NCBI RefSeq assembly: GCF_000013905.1
Contig: NC_007969.1
Span: 60,001 to 92,000 of the forward strand
Direction of reading: 5' to 3'
Source: Psychrobacter cryohalolentis K5
GTDB taxonomy: Bacteria > Pseudomonadota > Gammaproteobacteria > Pseudomonadales > Moraxellaceae
DNA: 32,000 nucleotides
In this document: one piece after another, positions 1 through 8,868 of the stretch
Layout: every line of letters begins with the position of its first letter
Position numbering within the stretch: position 1 is the stretch's first letter
Program-made: the position numbers and the translations under genes
The notes under the pieces: generated by a model
Database searches by the model: none
Told to the model about the DNA's origin: nothing
What the model saw: the letters and a program-made list of their open reading frames with translations, nothing else

Positions 1-1124
1 CCGACGACGTTGATAGGTAGACGCGCTTCACATAATGCTTTTAGGGTACCGATTACCGCAGCAGAACCGCCCATATCAAATTTCATCTCATCCATCGCCG
101 CACCCGGTTTGATTGAGATACCACCTGAATCGAAGGTGACGCCTTTACCAACCAATACGATAGGCGAGTCGTCATTTGCAACTTGCACATCGTCATTACT
201 ATCTTGTTTCGCATTTTTAGCGGCTTTTTTGCTAGTAGCTTTGCTAGGTAACTTATCAGCCAATGCTTTTAGACCACCCGCTACTTTTGCGCTGTTGATA
301 ATGGCTTTGCTAGTATCGCCATCAGCATTGACGCTAAAATTAGACTTGCCACGATATTCCATTAACACCAGCTTGCCCTCTTTGGTCGAGCCTTGCGCGA
401 CCGATAAGAAGCAGTTCATACCTAATGCTGACATCTCTTTTTCACCTAATACGGTGACTTTTAAGAGGTCAGGATAAGTGGCTGCCAATTCCTGTGCTTG
501 CTCAGCCATATACGCTGGGAAACAGATATTACCCGGCTCATTGGCGACATCACGGGTTAAGCTTTGACCAGTAAAGACCGCTTGTGCAAAGTTTAACGAT
601 TCCTCTAAAGATGGCTCTGCCAGTAAGTAAATATCCGTTAAAACAGGCGTTTGCTGCTCAGATTTGTACTTATCAAAACGATAGCTTGCTGCCAGTAGGC
701 TCAACGCGAATTGACTAAAATGGTTTTCTTCTAAAGCATCGCCCAGCGCAACAGTGATAGAGTCAACACGCTTTTGCGTGCTCTTATAAATGGTATTGGC
801 AATTTTTTCTAGAACGCTATGACGTAATTTATCAACATTACCCACACCGACCAATAACAGCTGTACTGGATTTTCTTTGGTGGTTTTTTTATCGCCAGCC
901 AGCGCATAGTCAGCAACCGTCTCACAAGCTTTGCCATTAAAGTGCGATACTTCAATCAATTGCTCAATACGGGTTTGATAATCACTTAATACCGACTCAG
1001 CTAAGATATTTTTCTTATCATCAATTAAGACGACGAGGCAAGCGGCATCTTTGCTTTTAGCTTCTTTTTTAAGAATTTTTTGTGTATGGGTTTTCGGTAA
1101 ACTTTGCGTTAATTTAATATTCAT
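1..1124 (-). CDS. pepA: Leucyl aminopeptidase PepA (M17 family), N-terminal ~374 codons; the 3' end lies outside the window
   Basis: The minus-strand frame is open from the window edge to the ATG at 1122-1124, with an AAGGA RBS upstream. Hand translation starts [15 protein letters not shown] and reaches [33 protein letters not shown], the M17 catalytic-domain signature. It is absent from the ORF track because it is truncated by the window. Divergent pepA/lptFG synteny is classical. Confidence 0.9.
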   Translation of the reverse strand, partial: MNIKLTQSLPKTHTQKILKKEAKSKDAACLVVLIDDKKNILAESVLSDYQTRIEQLIEVSHFNGKACETVADYALAGDKKTTKENPVQLLLVGVGNVDKLRHSVLEKIANTIYKSTQKRVDSITVALGDALEENHFSQFALSLLAASYRFDKYKSEQQTPVLTDIYLLAEPSLEESLNFAQAVFTGQSLTRDVANEPGNICFPAYMAEQAQELAATYPDLLKVTVLGEKEMSALGMNCFLSVAQGSTKEGKLVLMEYRGKSNFSVNADGDTSKAIINSAKVAGGLKALADKLPSKATSKKAAKNAKQDSNDDVQVANDDSPIVLVGKGVTFDSGGISIKPGAAMDEMKFDMGGSAAVIGTLKALCEARLPINVV

Positions 1125-1375
1125 ATATTGTTATCCTTATTAGATGAATGCATTTTTTTAAAAGCGTGAATACAGTAAGGTGTCAAATTTAAAAAGATAT
1201 CAAATTTTAACTGCTAACGCATTTGAATCGGTAGTGTATTCTAACTGCTACTTATCTTAAATAGCACGCCTATCAAGCAAGCATAGTAGTGTAGCATATC
1301 GGCATACAGTACGCAGTTAGCAAGGGTTAGGTAATGTTTCTGGAGCTATTTCTTGCATTATTTTAGCGTCAGTCA

Positions 1376-1981
1376 TTAGTTGTTAGTCAACTTATCAGTC
1401 GCTACTAGAGCGGCAAATCTATCTTGAAGTGCAGCCATCGCACTATCATGCACAGTACTAGCCATTATGACTTGTCCTGCAACACTAGGCAGATCGCGCG
1501 TGGCACAAGCATCATGACACACGAAATTTTCAAAACCCAAATCAAAGGCTGCTCTGACGCTTGAGCTGACGCACATATGGCTCATAAAGCCTGCAAAAAT
1601 AATTTGTTGCTTACCAGCCGATTTTATTAGCGCTTGCAGCTCGGTATCATAAAATGCATTAGGGTGCATTTTAACAATGGTTTTTTCGTCATTAATGGGC
1701 TGCAGGCTATTAATAATATCTACTTTTGATGATAATGGATTGAAAATTTTATCATTATCCTGCCCGTGATGAGTAACATGAAATATCGGGATAGCTTCGC
1801 TTCTAGCTCTATCGAGTAGCAGGCACGCGTTCGCAGTAGCTTTATTACCGGCATCACCTAACGGCATCGCGCCGTCAACATATTCATTCTGAAAATCAAT
1901 CATGACGATAGCGCAATTTGACCAATCAATCTCATTAAATTGACCACCAGCTAATCCAAGTAAAGTAGAGGGAATAGACAT
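1376..1981 (-). CDS. Isochorismatase-family cysteine hydrolase
   Basis: 201-aa ORF containing MIDFQNEY (catalytic Asp region) and GFMSHMCVSSSVRAAFDLGF (nucleophile Cys region), both typical of the isochorismatase/nicotinamidase-like fold. The substrate cannot be assigned. Confidence 0.8.
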   Translation of the reverse strand: MSIPSTLLGLAGGQFNEIDWSNCAIVMIDFQNEYVDGAMPLGDAGNKATANACLLLDRARSEAIPIFHVTHHGQDNDKIFNPLSSKVDIINSLQPINDEKTIVKMHPNAFYDTELQALIKSAGKQQIIFAGFMSHMCVSSSVRAAFDLGFENFVCHDACATRDLPSVAGQVIMASTVHDSAMAALQDRFAALVATDKLTNN

Positions 1982-2417
1982 TTTATGCTCCGTTAATTAG
2001 TAAACGATATAAGTGTAGATGCTAAATCTTAAATAATTTTGAATGTTAACTAACGTTAAATACTAACAACTAATGCTGATAGTATTCAGTACGTGATACG
2101 TACAGTACACAAATTCAGTTAGAAAGCATGTATGAGAGACTTACTCGTGATGTCTGAGTTAAAGCGCTTATATCTTATATAATGCGATTAGGTTTTAAAT
2201 AGCGCAGTTACGTCCCCATTTAGCCCTGTTGATGAGTGAGTACTAAATGCGTTATTGGTAACGGCTAGGTAATGTTTCCAAACACATTTCCACGCTATTT
2301 TTTCTAGAAATATGCTAGCATTAGCGGTTATGTCTATCGTCTCTGGTCAAGCTTAACTGTCCTTATCAATACAGTCGCGATGAACCGCATGAACGCCAAC
2401 TTCTACAACCGCTAAGA

Positions 2418-3731
2418 GTGCCTACTGTGATATTACGCCGCTATATGACCCAACAAGTTGCCTCAACGACCGCATTAGTCTTGGGGTTTTTAGTGGTGAT
2501 GATGCTTGGCGGACGTTTGATACGCTATTTTGGTATCGCAGCTGAAGGTAATTTAGACATCGGTTTGCTGTTTACCATCATTGGTTATAACCTACCGTAT
2601 TTCTTAGAGCTTATCCTGCCATTGGCGTTCTTTATTGCCCTAATGCTGGTATTTGGGCGCCTATATGTTGACCAAGAAATGGCAGTGATTAATGCCAGTG
2701 GCGTGTCGCGCGGTCGGCTTGGGCGCTTGATGACGCCATTGATTTTGGCATTGTTCGTTGGTGAGGCAGCATTATCCATCGTTGGTAAGCCATGGGGCGT
2801 GCGTTCATCTGAGAATGTCTGGCAACAGCAAGCGTTGACCAGTGCCTTTGACTTAATTCGCCCCAATCAGTTTATCAGCAGTGGCAATTATCATCTGTAT
2901 GTGGGCAGTTTGAGTGATGATAAAAAACAATTACAAGATGTGATATTGATTCAGTCTGAGCCTGAAAAAAAGGGCAGTGGGGCTAAAAATAATACTGCTA
3001 AAAATAGTGCCATGGATCTTGAAAATAACATCGATGTCGAAACTACCGAACAGCTTAATATTCCAGAATTGCCCACAGCGCTTGCCAATAATAATATTAG
3101 CAAAGACACGATTACGCTTGCCAAACGTGCTGAACAAGTAGATACGGGCAATAGTGGCGTAACCCAATTGGATTTGTTCCAAGGTCGCCGTTATGAAGTC
3201 GGGGCTGGTAGCTTGAAATACAATCAAGTAGGTTTTGATCGCTATCGTATTACCTTGACGGAGTCGTCTAAAGAAGTCATCACTGAAGACAATATCGAGA
3301 CGCAAGCGATTGGACCGTTATGGCAAGCGGCAACAGGCAATGCGCAAGTGGGCAGTAATAATGCCATGCGTGCGGCCCAAGGCGAGCTTGGTTATCGTTT
3401 ATCGTTACCATGGCTGATGATTATTGCGCCGATGCTCGCCGTACCACTAGCGCAAGTTCGTCCACGTCAAGGTCGTTGGTTACGCCTATTTCCCTCTATT
3501 TTACTGTTTGTCAGCTGCGCGCTCGGTATCATCTCGCTCAAAAATGCTGTCGGTAAAGGCAGTGTAAGCGTGTGGGCCTATGCATGGCTCATCTTAGGGT
3601 TTATGGCATTGGCACTGTATATGAATTGGGGTAGCCGCGTGCAGCACCGATTGCGCTTTCGCAAGCCAGAGAATGAGCTTTTGACGGTTACCGACAATCA
3701 AAATAGTAGCTCACAAGGAGGACAATCCTAA
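2418..3731 (+). CDS. lptF: LPS export ABC transporter permease LptF
   Basis: The N-terminus (V)ILRRYMTQQV plus a multi-TM profile match the LptF/LptG (YjgP/YjgQ) family, and the gene lies immediately upstream of lptG with a TAATG overlap. The track start is GTG at 2418. The in-frame GTG at 2427 sits 8 nt from AAGAG and gives MILRRY, so it is an equally plausible start. Confidence 0.85.
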   Translation: MPTVILRRYMTQQVASTTALVLGFLVVMMLGGRLIRYFGIAAEGNLDIGLLFTIIGYNLPYFLELILPLAFFIALMLVFGRLYVDQEMAVINASGVSRGRLGRLMTPLILALFVGEAALSIVGKPWGVRSSENVWQQQALTSAFDLIRPNQFISSGNYHLYVGSLSDDKKQLQDVILIQSEPEKKGSGAKNNTAKNSAMDLENNIDVETTEQLNIPELPTALANNNISKDTITLAKRAEQVDTGNSGVTQLDLFQGRRYEVGAGSLKYNQVGFDRYRITLTESSKEVITEDNIETQAIGPLWQAATGNAQVGSNNAMRAAQGELGYRLSLPWLMIIAPMLAVPLAQVRPRQGRWLRLFPSILLFVSCALGIISLKNAVGKGSVSVWAYAWLILGFMALALYMNWGSRVQHRLRFRKPENELLTVTDNQNSSSQGGQS

Positions 3732-4957
3732 TGAGTGCTCTATTCTCTAAATCATCGAAGCCGAATTCGCCAAATGCTAAATCGCTACTTAGCCCAAAAC
3801 CGACTAACCTCAAAGTGCTTAGCCGCTATGTGAAACTAAATGCCTTGCTGGCGATTATCGCTGCGGTCATAGGATTGTGGGCATTACAGCTGGTATTCTC
3901 TTATTTATCTGAGCTTGATTCGCTAGATGGTAGCTATACGATGGGAGAGGCGATCAGATATATCTTTTATCGCTCGCCTTATTTTTTAGAGCAATTTATC
4001 CCAACAGGGGCATTATTGGGTGCGGTCGTTGGTTTGGGCTTGCTGGCTAATAACAGTGAGTTGGTCGTCATGCGAGCTGCGGGTATTAGCGTTTATCGAA
4101 TCGTCAGTTGGGTATTGCAGCCAGCTATGATTTTTGTAGTATTAGCATTATTCATTAACCAGTTTGTGTTGCCGTATTCCAATCAATTGGCAAATGAGAT
4201 TAATAGTGAGGATAACAGCTCGCTAGTGACTTCAGTACGTGGTTACTGGACAGTGCAGCCACGCTTTGAGAATACAAAAGACGGCAGTGCCAAGCCGGAT
4301 GGTAGTGATATCTTGTATATCGATTATGCTGATGTCAAAGGGAATATCGGTCAGGTAAAGCGTTGGCATTTAGATAATAACGGCAACTTGCAAACCGCCA
4401 TTCATGCTGAAGGTGGTAAATATATCGGGCGCGAGGCGCTTGTTACTGCTAGCAGCAAACCGAGCGAGCAATATCGTTATGAGTGGCAGCTGAACAATAT
4501 GACCAAGCTGATGATTAATCAAGGCTTTGAAAGTAGCCAAGCCATATCGCCCACAGACACATTGAGTTTACCGTTTGCTCCTGAGTCTGTGTATTTGCTC
4601 ACGCGTCAAGCTGAGGATTTATCTCTTACGCAACTTTATGAGCATCGTCAATTTATGCGTCAGCAAGGCACTCGCTCTTTAAGTCACGAGCTGGCGTTTT
4701 GGCAAAAGCTATTATCACCTTTATCAATTCTGTCACTAGTGATTGTCGCCTGCTCGTTTGTCTTTGGCTCCCTGCGTACGCACAGTCTCGGCTTGCGAAT
4801 TGTCGTGGCATTATTGTTTGGGCTGCTATTTAGCTATGTACAGGATTTGGTCGGTTTTGTGTCACTAGCAACAGGCTTTTCGCCACTAATGATGGTGATA
4901 CTGCCAATTATTGCCAGTGCATTGTTGGGTGGATATTTACTGAAACGGCAGATGTAA
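3731..4957 (+). CDS. lptG: LPS export ABC transporter permease LptG
   Basis: 408-aa YjgP/YjgQ-family permease containing LSRYV...LLAI and C-terminal TM helices. An AAGGAGG RBS sits about 10 nt upstream. The ATG overlaps the lptF stop (TAATG), which suggests translational coupling. Confidence 0.9.
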   Translation: MSALFSKSSKPNSPNAKSLLSPKPTNLKVLSRYVKLNALLAIIAAVIGLWALQLVFSYLSELDSLDGSYTMGEAIRYIFYRSPYFLEQFIPTGALLGAVVGLGLLANNSELVVMRAAGISVYRIVSWVLQPAMIFVVLALFINQFVLPYSNQLANEINSEDNSSLVTSVRGYWTVQPRFENTKDGSAKPDGSDILYIDYADVKGNIGQVKRWHLDNNGNLQTAIHAEGGKYIGREALVTASSKPSEQYRYEWQLNNMTKLMINQGFESSQAISPTDTLSLPFAPESVYLLTRQAEDLSLTQLYEHRQFMRQQGTRSLSHELAFWQKLLSPLSILSLVIVACSFVFGSLRTHSLGLRIVVALLFGLLFSYVQDLVGFVSLATGFSPLMMVILPIIASALLGGYLLKRQM

Positions 4958-4995
4958 CTCTCAAAATGATGTAAATCTAAATTTAGCCATAAAGA

Positions 4996-5031
4996 AGCAC
5001 GCTAGATCCTTATGATTTAGCGTGCTTTTTA
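4996..5031. terminator. Bidirectional intrinsic terminator between convergent lptG and the methyltransferase gene
   Basis: A 9-bp perfect stem, AGCACGCTA (4996-5004) / TAGCGTGCT (5018-5026), is followed by TTTTT and preceded by an A-rich run. Confidence 0.6.
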
Positions 5032-5049
5032 TTTGTCTGATTCTAGCGT

Positions 5050-5658
5050 TTAATCTTTGGTTGCCATGGTAATCGTATAAGTCTTGCCCTGTTTTACCTT
5101 TTCGCTATTTCCAAAGACTTCGGTAAATGAGCGTTTCATAAATTGACGTAAGCCATTAATCGTCACCACGTAAAAGCGTCCACCTTTACGCATACGCGCA
5201 TGAGCATCTAGGAAATAAAGGTAATGCTGCTCTTTGCCTACTTTAGCTGGCAAGTTTGACATCACAAGGCTAAAGTCTTTGTCTTTTGCCACGTGATTAA
5301 AGCCATTTGATAAATGTACATCGACATTTTTTAGACCATTCTTTTCACAATTAAGGCGCGCATATTCTACTGCCATAAAGTCTTTATCAATCAAAGTATG
5401 CTGACCATTAGGACACTCGCGCGCTGCTGCCATACCCAGAACGCCGTAGCCACAGCCCAAATCTATCGAGTCATCATCCGCCTGAAAATCCACATAATCA
5501 AGTAACATCAAGCTACCGTCATCGAGCTTTTGTGGTGAAAAAATACCCCACGTGGTCGCAAAATCAAACGGCTTGCCGAGTACGTCTTCGCGAAAATTAA
5601 TATCTTCGCGCCAGTATTTGGCTTTTTCTAATAGATCGCTAGATGGTCTATGGCTCAT
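5050..5658 (-). CDS. Class I SAM-dependent methyltransferase, MTS (RsmC/YbxB-like small) domain
   Basis: 202-aa ORF with GIFSPQKLDDGSLMLL, the SAM motif I DLGCGYGVLG, and SNLPAKVGK in the position of NPPxxxGK of RsmC/YbxB-type enzymes. Confidence 0.75.
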   Translation of the reverse strand: MSHRPSSDLLEKAKYWREDINFREDVLGKPFDFATTWGIFSPQKLDDGSLMLLDYVDFQADDDSIDLGCGYGVLGMAAARECPNGQHTLIDKDFMAVEYARLNCEKNGLKNVDVHLSNGFNHVAKDKDFSLVMSNLPAKVGKEQHYLYFLDAHARMRKGGRFYVVTINGLRQFMKRSFTEVFGNSEKVKQGKTYTITMATKD

Positions 5659-6039
5659 GGAATTCTCGGATTATGGATAAGTAAAAGGTGGTACATTGCT
5701 CAAATGAACAGGGTGCACATTATGATGAGTATTGTAACGATAAAAGGTAAGATTTGCAGCTACGTATTAGTGGAAATTGTGATGGGCACTAAAGGAGGAG
5801 TATTTGACAGGAACCATTGTCAGATTTATGTCAGGTTGAAGTTACCCGTTTACGCATTTATATCGTAAATGCTATAGCATCCTTATTGAAGCTATGGAAT
5901 ACTAATAAAGCTAACTAATTGGTCAACTATTTATTATAGTGTCTTCTTGATATGAAGAATTACGGTCATGTTAGAAGCTGTATCAGCTTACTAAGATTAA
6001 ATTCACCAAGCTTTACTCAACTAGAAAGGATGCTTAAAT

Positions 6040-6483
6040 ATGAAATCTAAAATCAAAACGAAAATAAATCCAGCGCAAGAAACATTTATTCATATCGTGC
6101 ATAGTAAGCGTATTAAGCCTCTCAAAAAACAGCCGGGTGTCAAATGTGTGGAAGCAGTAAAAACTATCGACAAAGCTTATTTGGCTGAGCTATCTGGTTG
6201 TGATGAATATGTGTCTATCGCTTTTTGTTATAAAAACTATAATGAAGAGACCAAGCCTCGTCTTAGTGAAAATGAAAGCTGTGCTGTGATTAGTGTGGCC
6301 AAAGCCAAAGAGCTATTAAATACCACAGAGTTGGCTGAAGAAGCATTGTCTGCTGTCAGCATTATTCTGTTTAGCGCTGTATCGCAGACGTTTGGTGGCT
6401 TCTTAACGGATGGGGAAACCAGTAAGCGTTATGTGCTATCAAAAGGCACAGAATATGCAGGCTTGTCTTCATTATCGCTATAG
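6040..6483 (+). CDS. Hypothetical protein (147 aa); no family recognised
   Basis: An isolated ORF with AAAGGA upstream of the ATG, followed by a strong terminator. I recognise no motif in it. It looks slightly more AT-rich than its neighbours by eye. Confidence 0.5.
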   Translation: MKSKIKTKINPAQETFIHIVHSKRIKPLKKQPGVKCVEAVKTIDKAYLAELSGCDEYVSIAFCYKNYNEETKPRLSENESCAVISVAKAKELLNTTELAEEALSAVSIILFSAVSQTFGGFLTDGETSKRYVLSKGTEYAGLSSLSL

Positions 6484-6516
6484 CATATAAGCAAAATTAC
6501 GTTTCTATTAAGTATG

Positions 6517-6555
6517 AAAAAACGGCAGTATCATTATAATATTGCCGTTTTTTTA
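6517..6555. terminator. Bidirectional intrinsic terminator between the convergent hypothetical ORF and xerD
   Basis: The sequence is AAAAAACGGCAgTAT...ATAtTGCCGTTTTTTT. A GC-containing stem (ACGGCA/TGCCGT plus extension) is flanked by an A-run and a T-run. Confidence 0.6.
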
Positions 6556-6606
6556 CTTCGATTTATAATTTTTTATATTGGTAATAATATCTTGTACATC
6601 AGTAAT

Positions 6607-7545
6607 CTAACCCCGTGGATGGTGTTCAGCATGAAGTTTTTGCAATCTAGCCGTCGCCACATGGGTATATATCTGCGTCGTCGATAAATCACTATGTCCA
6701 AGCAATAACTGCACACTCCGTAAATCGGCACCGTGATTGAGTAAATGGGTAGCAAAAGCATGGCGTAAGGTATGCGGTGATAGGTCTTTATCAATACTGG
6801 CAACTTTGGCGTATTTCTTTAGTAGATACCAAAAGTTTTGCCGGGTCATATAGCCGCCTTGGGCGGTCAAAAAAACTGCTTGGCAATTTCCTGCTTTTAA
6901 ATGGGCTATCAAATCACCACGTCCATGCGTCAAATAATCTTCAAGCGCATCTGCTGCATATTCCCCTAAAGGCACTAAGCGGGTTTTATTGCCTTTCCCC
7001 GTGATTTGTAGCCAGCCTGAGTTTAGATTCACTTGTTCAAGAGACAAGTTAACCAACTCACTAACGCGCAAACCGCAAGCGTAAAGTACCTCTAACATGG
7101 CTTTATCACGTAGCCCTAGCGCAGTACTGCTATCGGGCGCGGCAAGGAGATTGTCGACGTCAGCTTCTGCCAAATCTTTTGGCAGTGGACGACCAAGTTT
7201 TGGGCTTTTAATACGCTCACAAGGATTGTCTTCACGTAGGTTGCTGGCAATCATCCACAGATAAAACTGACGCAAACTTGAAAGCATGCGCGCTTGCGTA
7301 CGCGGCGTTTTGCCATCTTGAGTAAGAATAGACAGGCAGTGCAGCACATCTTCGGGCTGCCAACGCGTTAATGCCGTATGATTGGTCAATTCGCAGGAGC
7401 GCAAATCACGCACATAGGCGTTACGGGTACGCGTGGCCAAACCACGAGCCAGCATTGCTTGACGAAATTCGGTTATATAAGCCGGTTCATCATCTACGGC
7501 CAGCGCTTTTGGTTGGCGCTGCTGTACGGCACGGTCGCGGCTCAT
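6607..7545 (-). CDS. xerD: Site-specific tyrosine recombinase XerD
   Basis: 312-aa ORF with ARTRNAYVRDL, LRVSELV, HTLRHAFATHLL and LGHSDLSTTQIYTHVATARLQKLHAEHHPRG. The C-terminal tail is the XerD signature rather than that of a phage integrase. Confidence 0.9.
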   Translation of the reverse strand: MSRDRAVQQRQPKALAVDDEPAYITEFRQAMLARGLATRTRNAYVRDLRSCELTNHTALTRWQPEDVLHCLSILTQDGKTPRTQARMLSSLRQFYLWMIASNLREDNPCERIKSPKLGRPLPKDLAEADVDNLLAAPDSSTALGLRDKAMLEVLYACGLRVSELVNLSLEQVNLNSGWLQITGKGNKTRLVPLGEYAADALEDYLTHGRGDLIAHLKAGNCQAVFLTAQGGYMTRQNFWYLLKKYAKVASIDKDLSPHTLRHAFATHLLNHGADLRSVQLLLGHSDLSTTQIYTHVATARLQKLHAEHHPRG

Positions 7546-7653
7546 AAAACATACTCGGCAGTGGTATAAGAAATTACAAGTGGATATAAATGATATTTTT
7601 TATATTTAAGTTGACTATCAGTTAATAAAATTTGGCAAAGTCATTTTTACCCT

Positions 7654-8868
7654 TTAAGTATTAACAGCTACCAAACACCATAGCGAGGTGACTTCCGCAT
7701 TACGCGCTGCAAATAGTGGATCAGTATCGTCTTGGCTTCGACCGTGTTTAGGTTGGGTATTGAGACGGTATTTTACTTCTAAACCAGCATTAGCAAACCA
7801 GCCCAATAATTCATCGCGACTGCGCAACTGCAAATGTTCTGCCAAATCTGACAGAATCAACCAGACCTCTCCTTGCTTAGCTAAATGTTGCTTTGCGCCT
7901 TGCAAAAACCCACGCAACATCGTGCTATTGGCATCATAGACGGCGAATTCTAAGGGCGAGGTTGGCTTGGCAGGCAACCAAGGTGGATTACAGACCAGCA
8001 AATTAGCCAATGGCGCATCATTCGGATACAAGTCTGCTTGCTGCAATTGCACTGCAGGTAAATCTAAACGTGTAAGGTTGTCACTAGCGCAGGCTAATGC
8101 ACGCAGATTTAAGTCCGTCGCAATCACTTGCTTCACACCGCGCTGCGCCAGAATAATAGCAAGCAAACCGGTTCCGGTACCGATATCAAAAGCAACATCA
8201 TAACTTGCTGGCAACGGTGCATCGAGCAACAGCTGTACATACTCATGACGAGTCGGTGCAAAGACGCCATAATGCGGGAAAATTGATAGACCCAAATTTT
8301 CGATTGCCACGCCTTTTACACGCCACCCTGCCGCACCTAAGGCACCTTGCAGGTCACGAAATGAAATTAGACATGACTCATTCAACTCACCAAAAGCAGC
8401 GGTACAAGCAGCACTGACATCAGGGGCGCGGCGTAACTGGCTGACATAACCTGCATCAAGCTCTAATAATAAACGGCTTAATAGGCGCGAACGCTGAGAT
8501 TGGACTTGGCGTTGCTGATGAAAAAGATTAGGGATGTCTTTAGAGGGTGCCAAAGTCTCATCTGTAGATTTAGCGGACTTAGCAGGTTTATTAGCTTCTT
8601 TATTAATTTTACGCTGCTCAGAACGCTCATTCGCACGGTCAATGCGTCGAGTTATGGCTTGCAGTAGTTGCCTTGCATTATTAAAATCACCGCGCCACAG
8701 CATTGACGTTCCAGCACAAGCCAAGCGATAAGCCTCATCGGCTGTTGTTTTGTCGTCGACCACAACAATACGTGCAGGCGGCACATGATTGCTTTGAGAC
8801 AACCAGCGGGCCTGACGTAAGGTTTCATTTTCGTGCCATTGCACGTACTGTATTTCTGTTGCTAACAC
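7654..8868 (-). CDS. Two-domain SAM-dependent methyltransferase: unknown N-terminal half plus a C-terminal HemK/MTS-like domain with an NPPW motif
   Basis: The C-terminal half carries motif I FDIGTGTGLLAIILA and motif IV LLVCNPPWLP (7978-7989). The first ~215 residues have no motif I recognise and include a low-complexity K/S/A linker. Confidence 0.75.
   Translation of the reverse strand: MLATEIQYVQWHENETLRQARWLSQSNHVPPARIVVVDDKTTADEAYRLACAGTSMLWRGDFNNARQLLQAITRRIDRANERSEQRKINKEANKPAKSAKSTDETLAPSKDIPNLFHQQRQVQSQRSRLLSRLLLELDAGYVSQLRRAPDVSAACTAAFGELNESCLISFRDLQGALGAAGWRVKGVAIENLGLSIFPHYGVFAPTRHEYVQLLLDAPLPASYDVAFDIGTGTGLLAIILAQRGVKQVIATDLNLRALACASDNLTRLDLPAVQLQQADLYPNDAPLANLLVCNPPWLPAKPTSPLEFAVYDANSTMLRGFLQGAKQHLAKQGEVWLILSDLAEHLQLRSRDELLGWFANAGLEVKYRLNTQPKHGRSQDDTDPLFAARNAEVTSLWCLVAVNT

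Noticed and set aside
10-477. 155-aa + strand ORF at the left edge of the window
   Set aside because: It lies entirely antisense to the pepA reading frame, which carries unmistakable M17 aminopeptidase motifs. Its product is a low-complexity mirror of the PepA K/A-rich insert, so it is spurious.
2585-3305. Three minus-strand ORFs (93, 124 and 66 aa) inside lptF, and similar antisense ORFs inside pilC, pilD, recN and pilB
   Set aside because: Each is nested in a confidently identified gene on the other strand. They have no RBS and no recognisable domains, and they are treated as noise.
6607-7545. A tyrosine recombinase as a possible marker of an integrated mobile element or genomic island
   Set aside because: The sequence has the XerD-specific C-terminus (HSDLSTTQIYTHVA..L..LH..HHPR) and housekeeping length. 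There is no adjacent tRNA, attachment-like repeat, excisionase or phage/ICE gene. This is the chromosomal dimer-resolution XerD.
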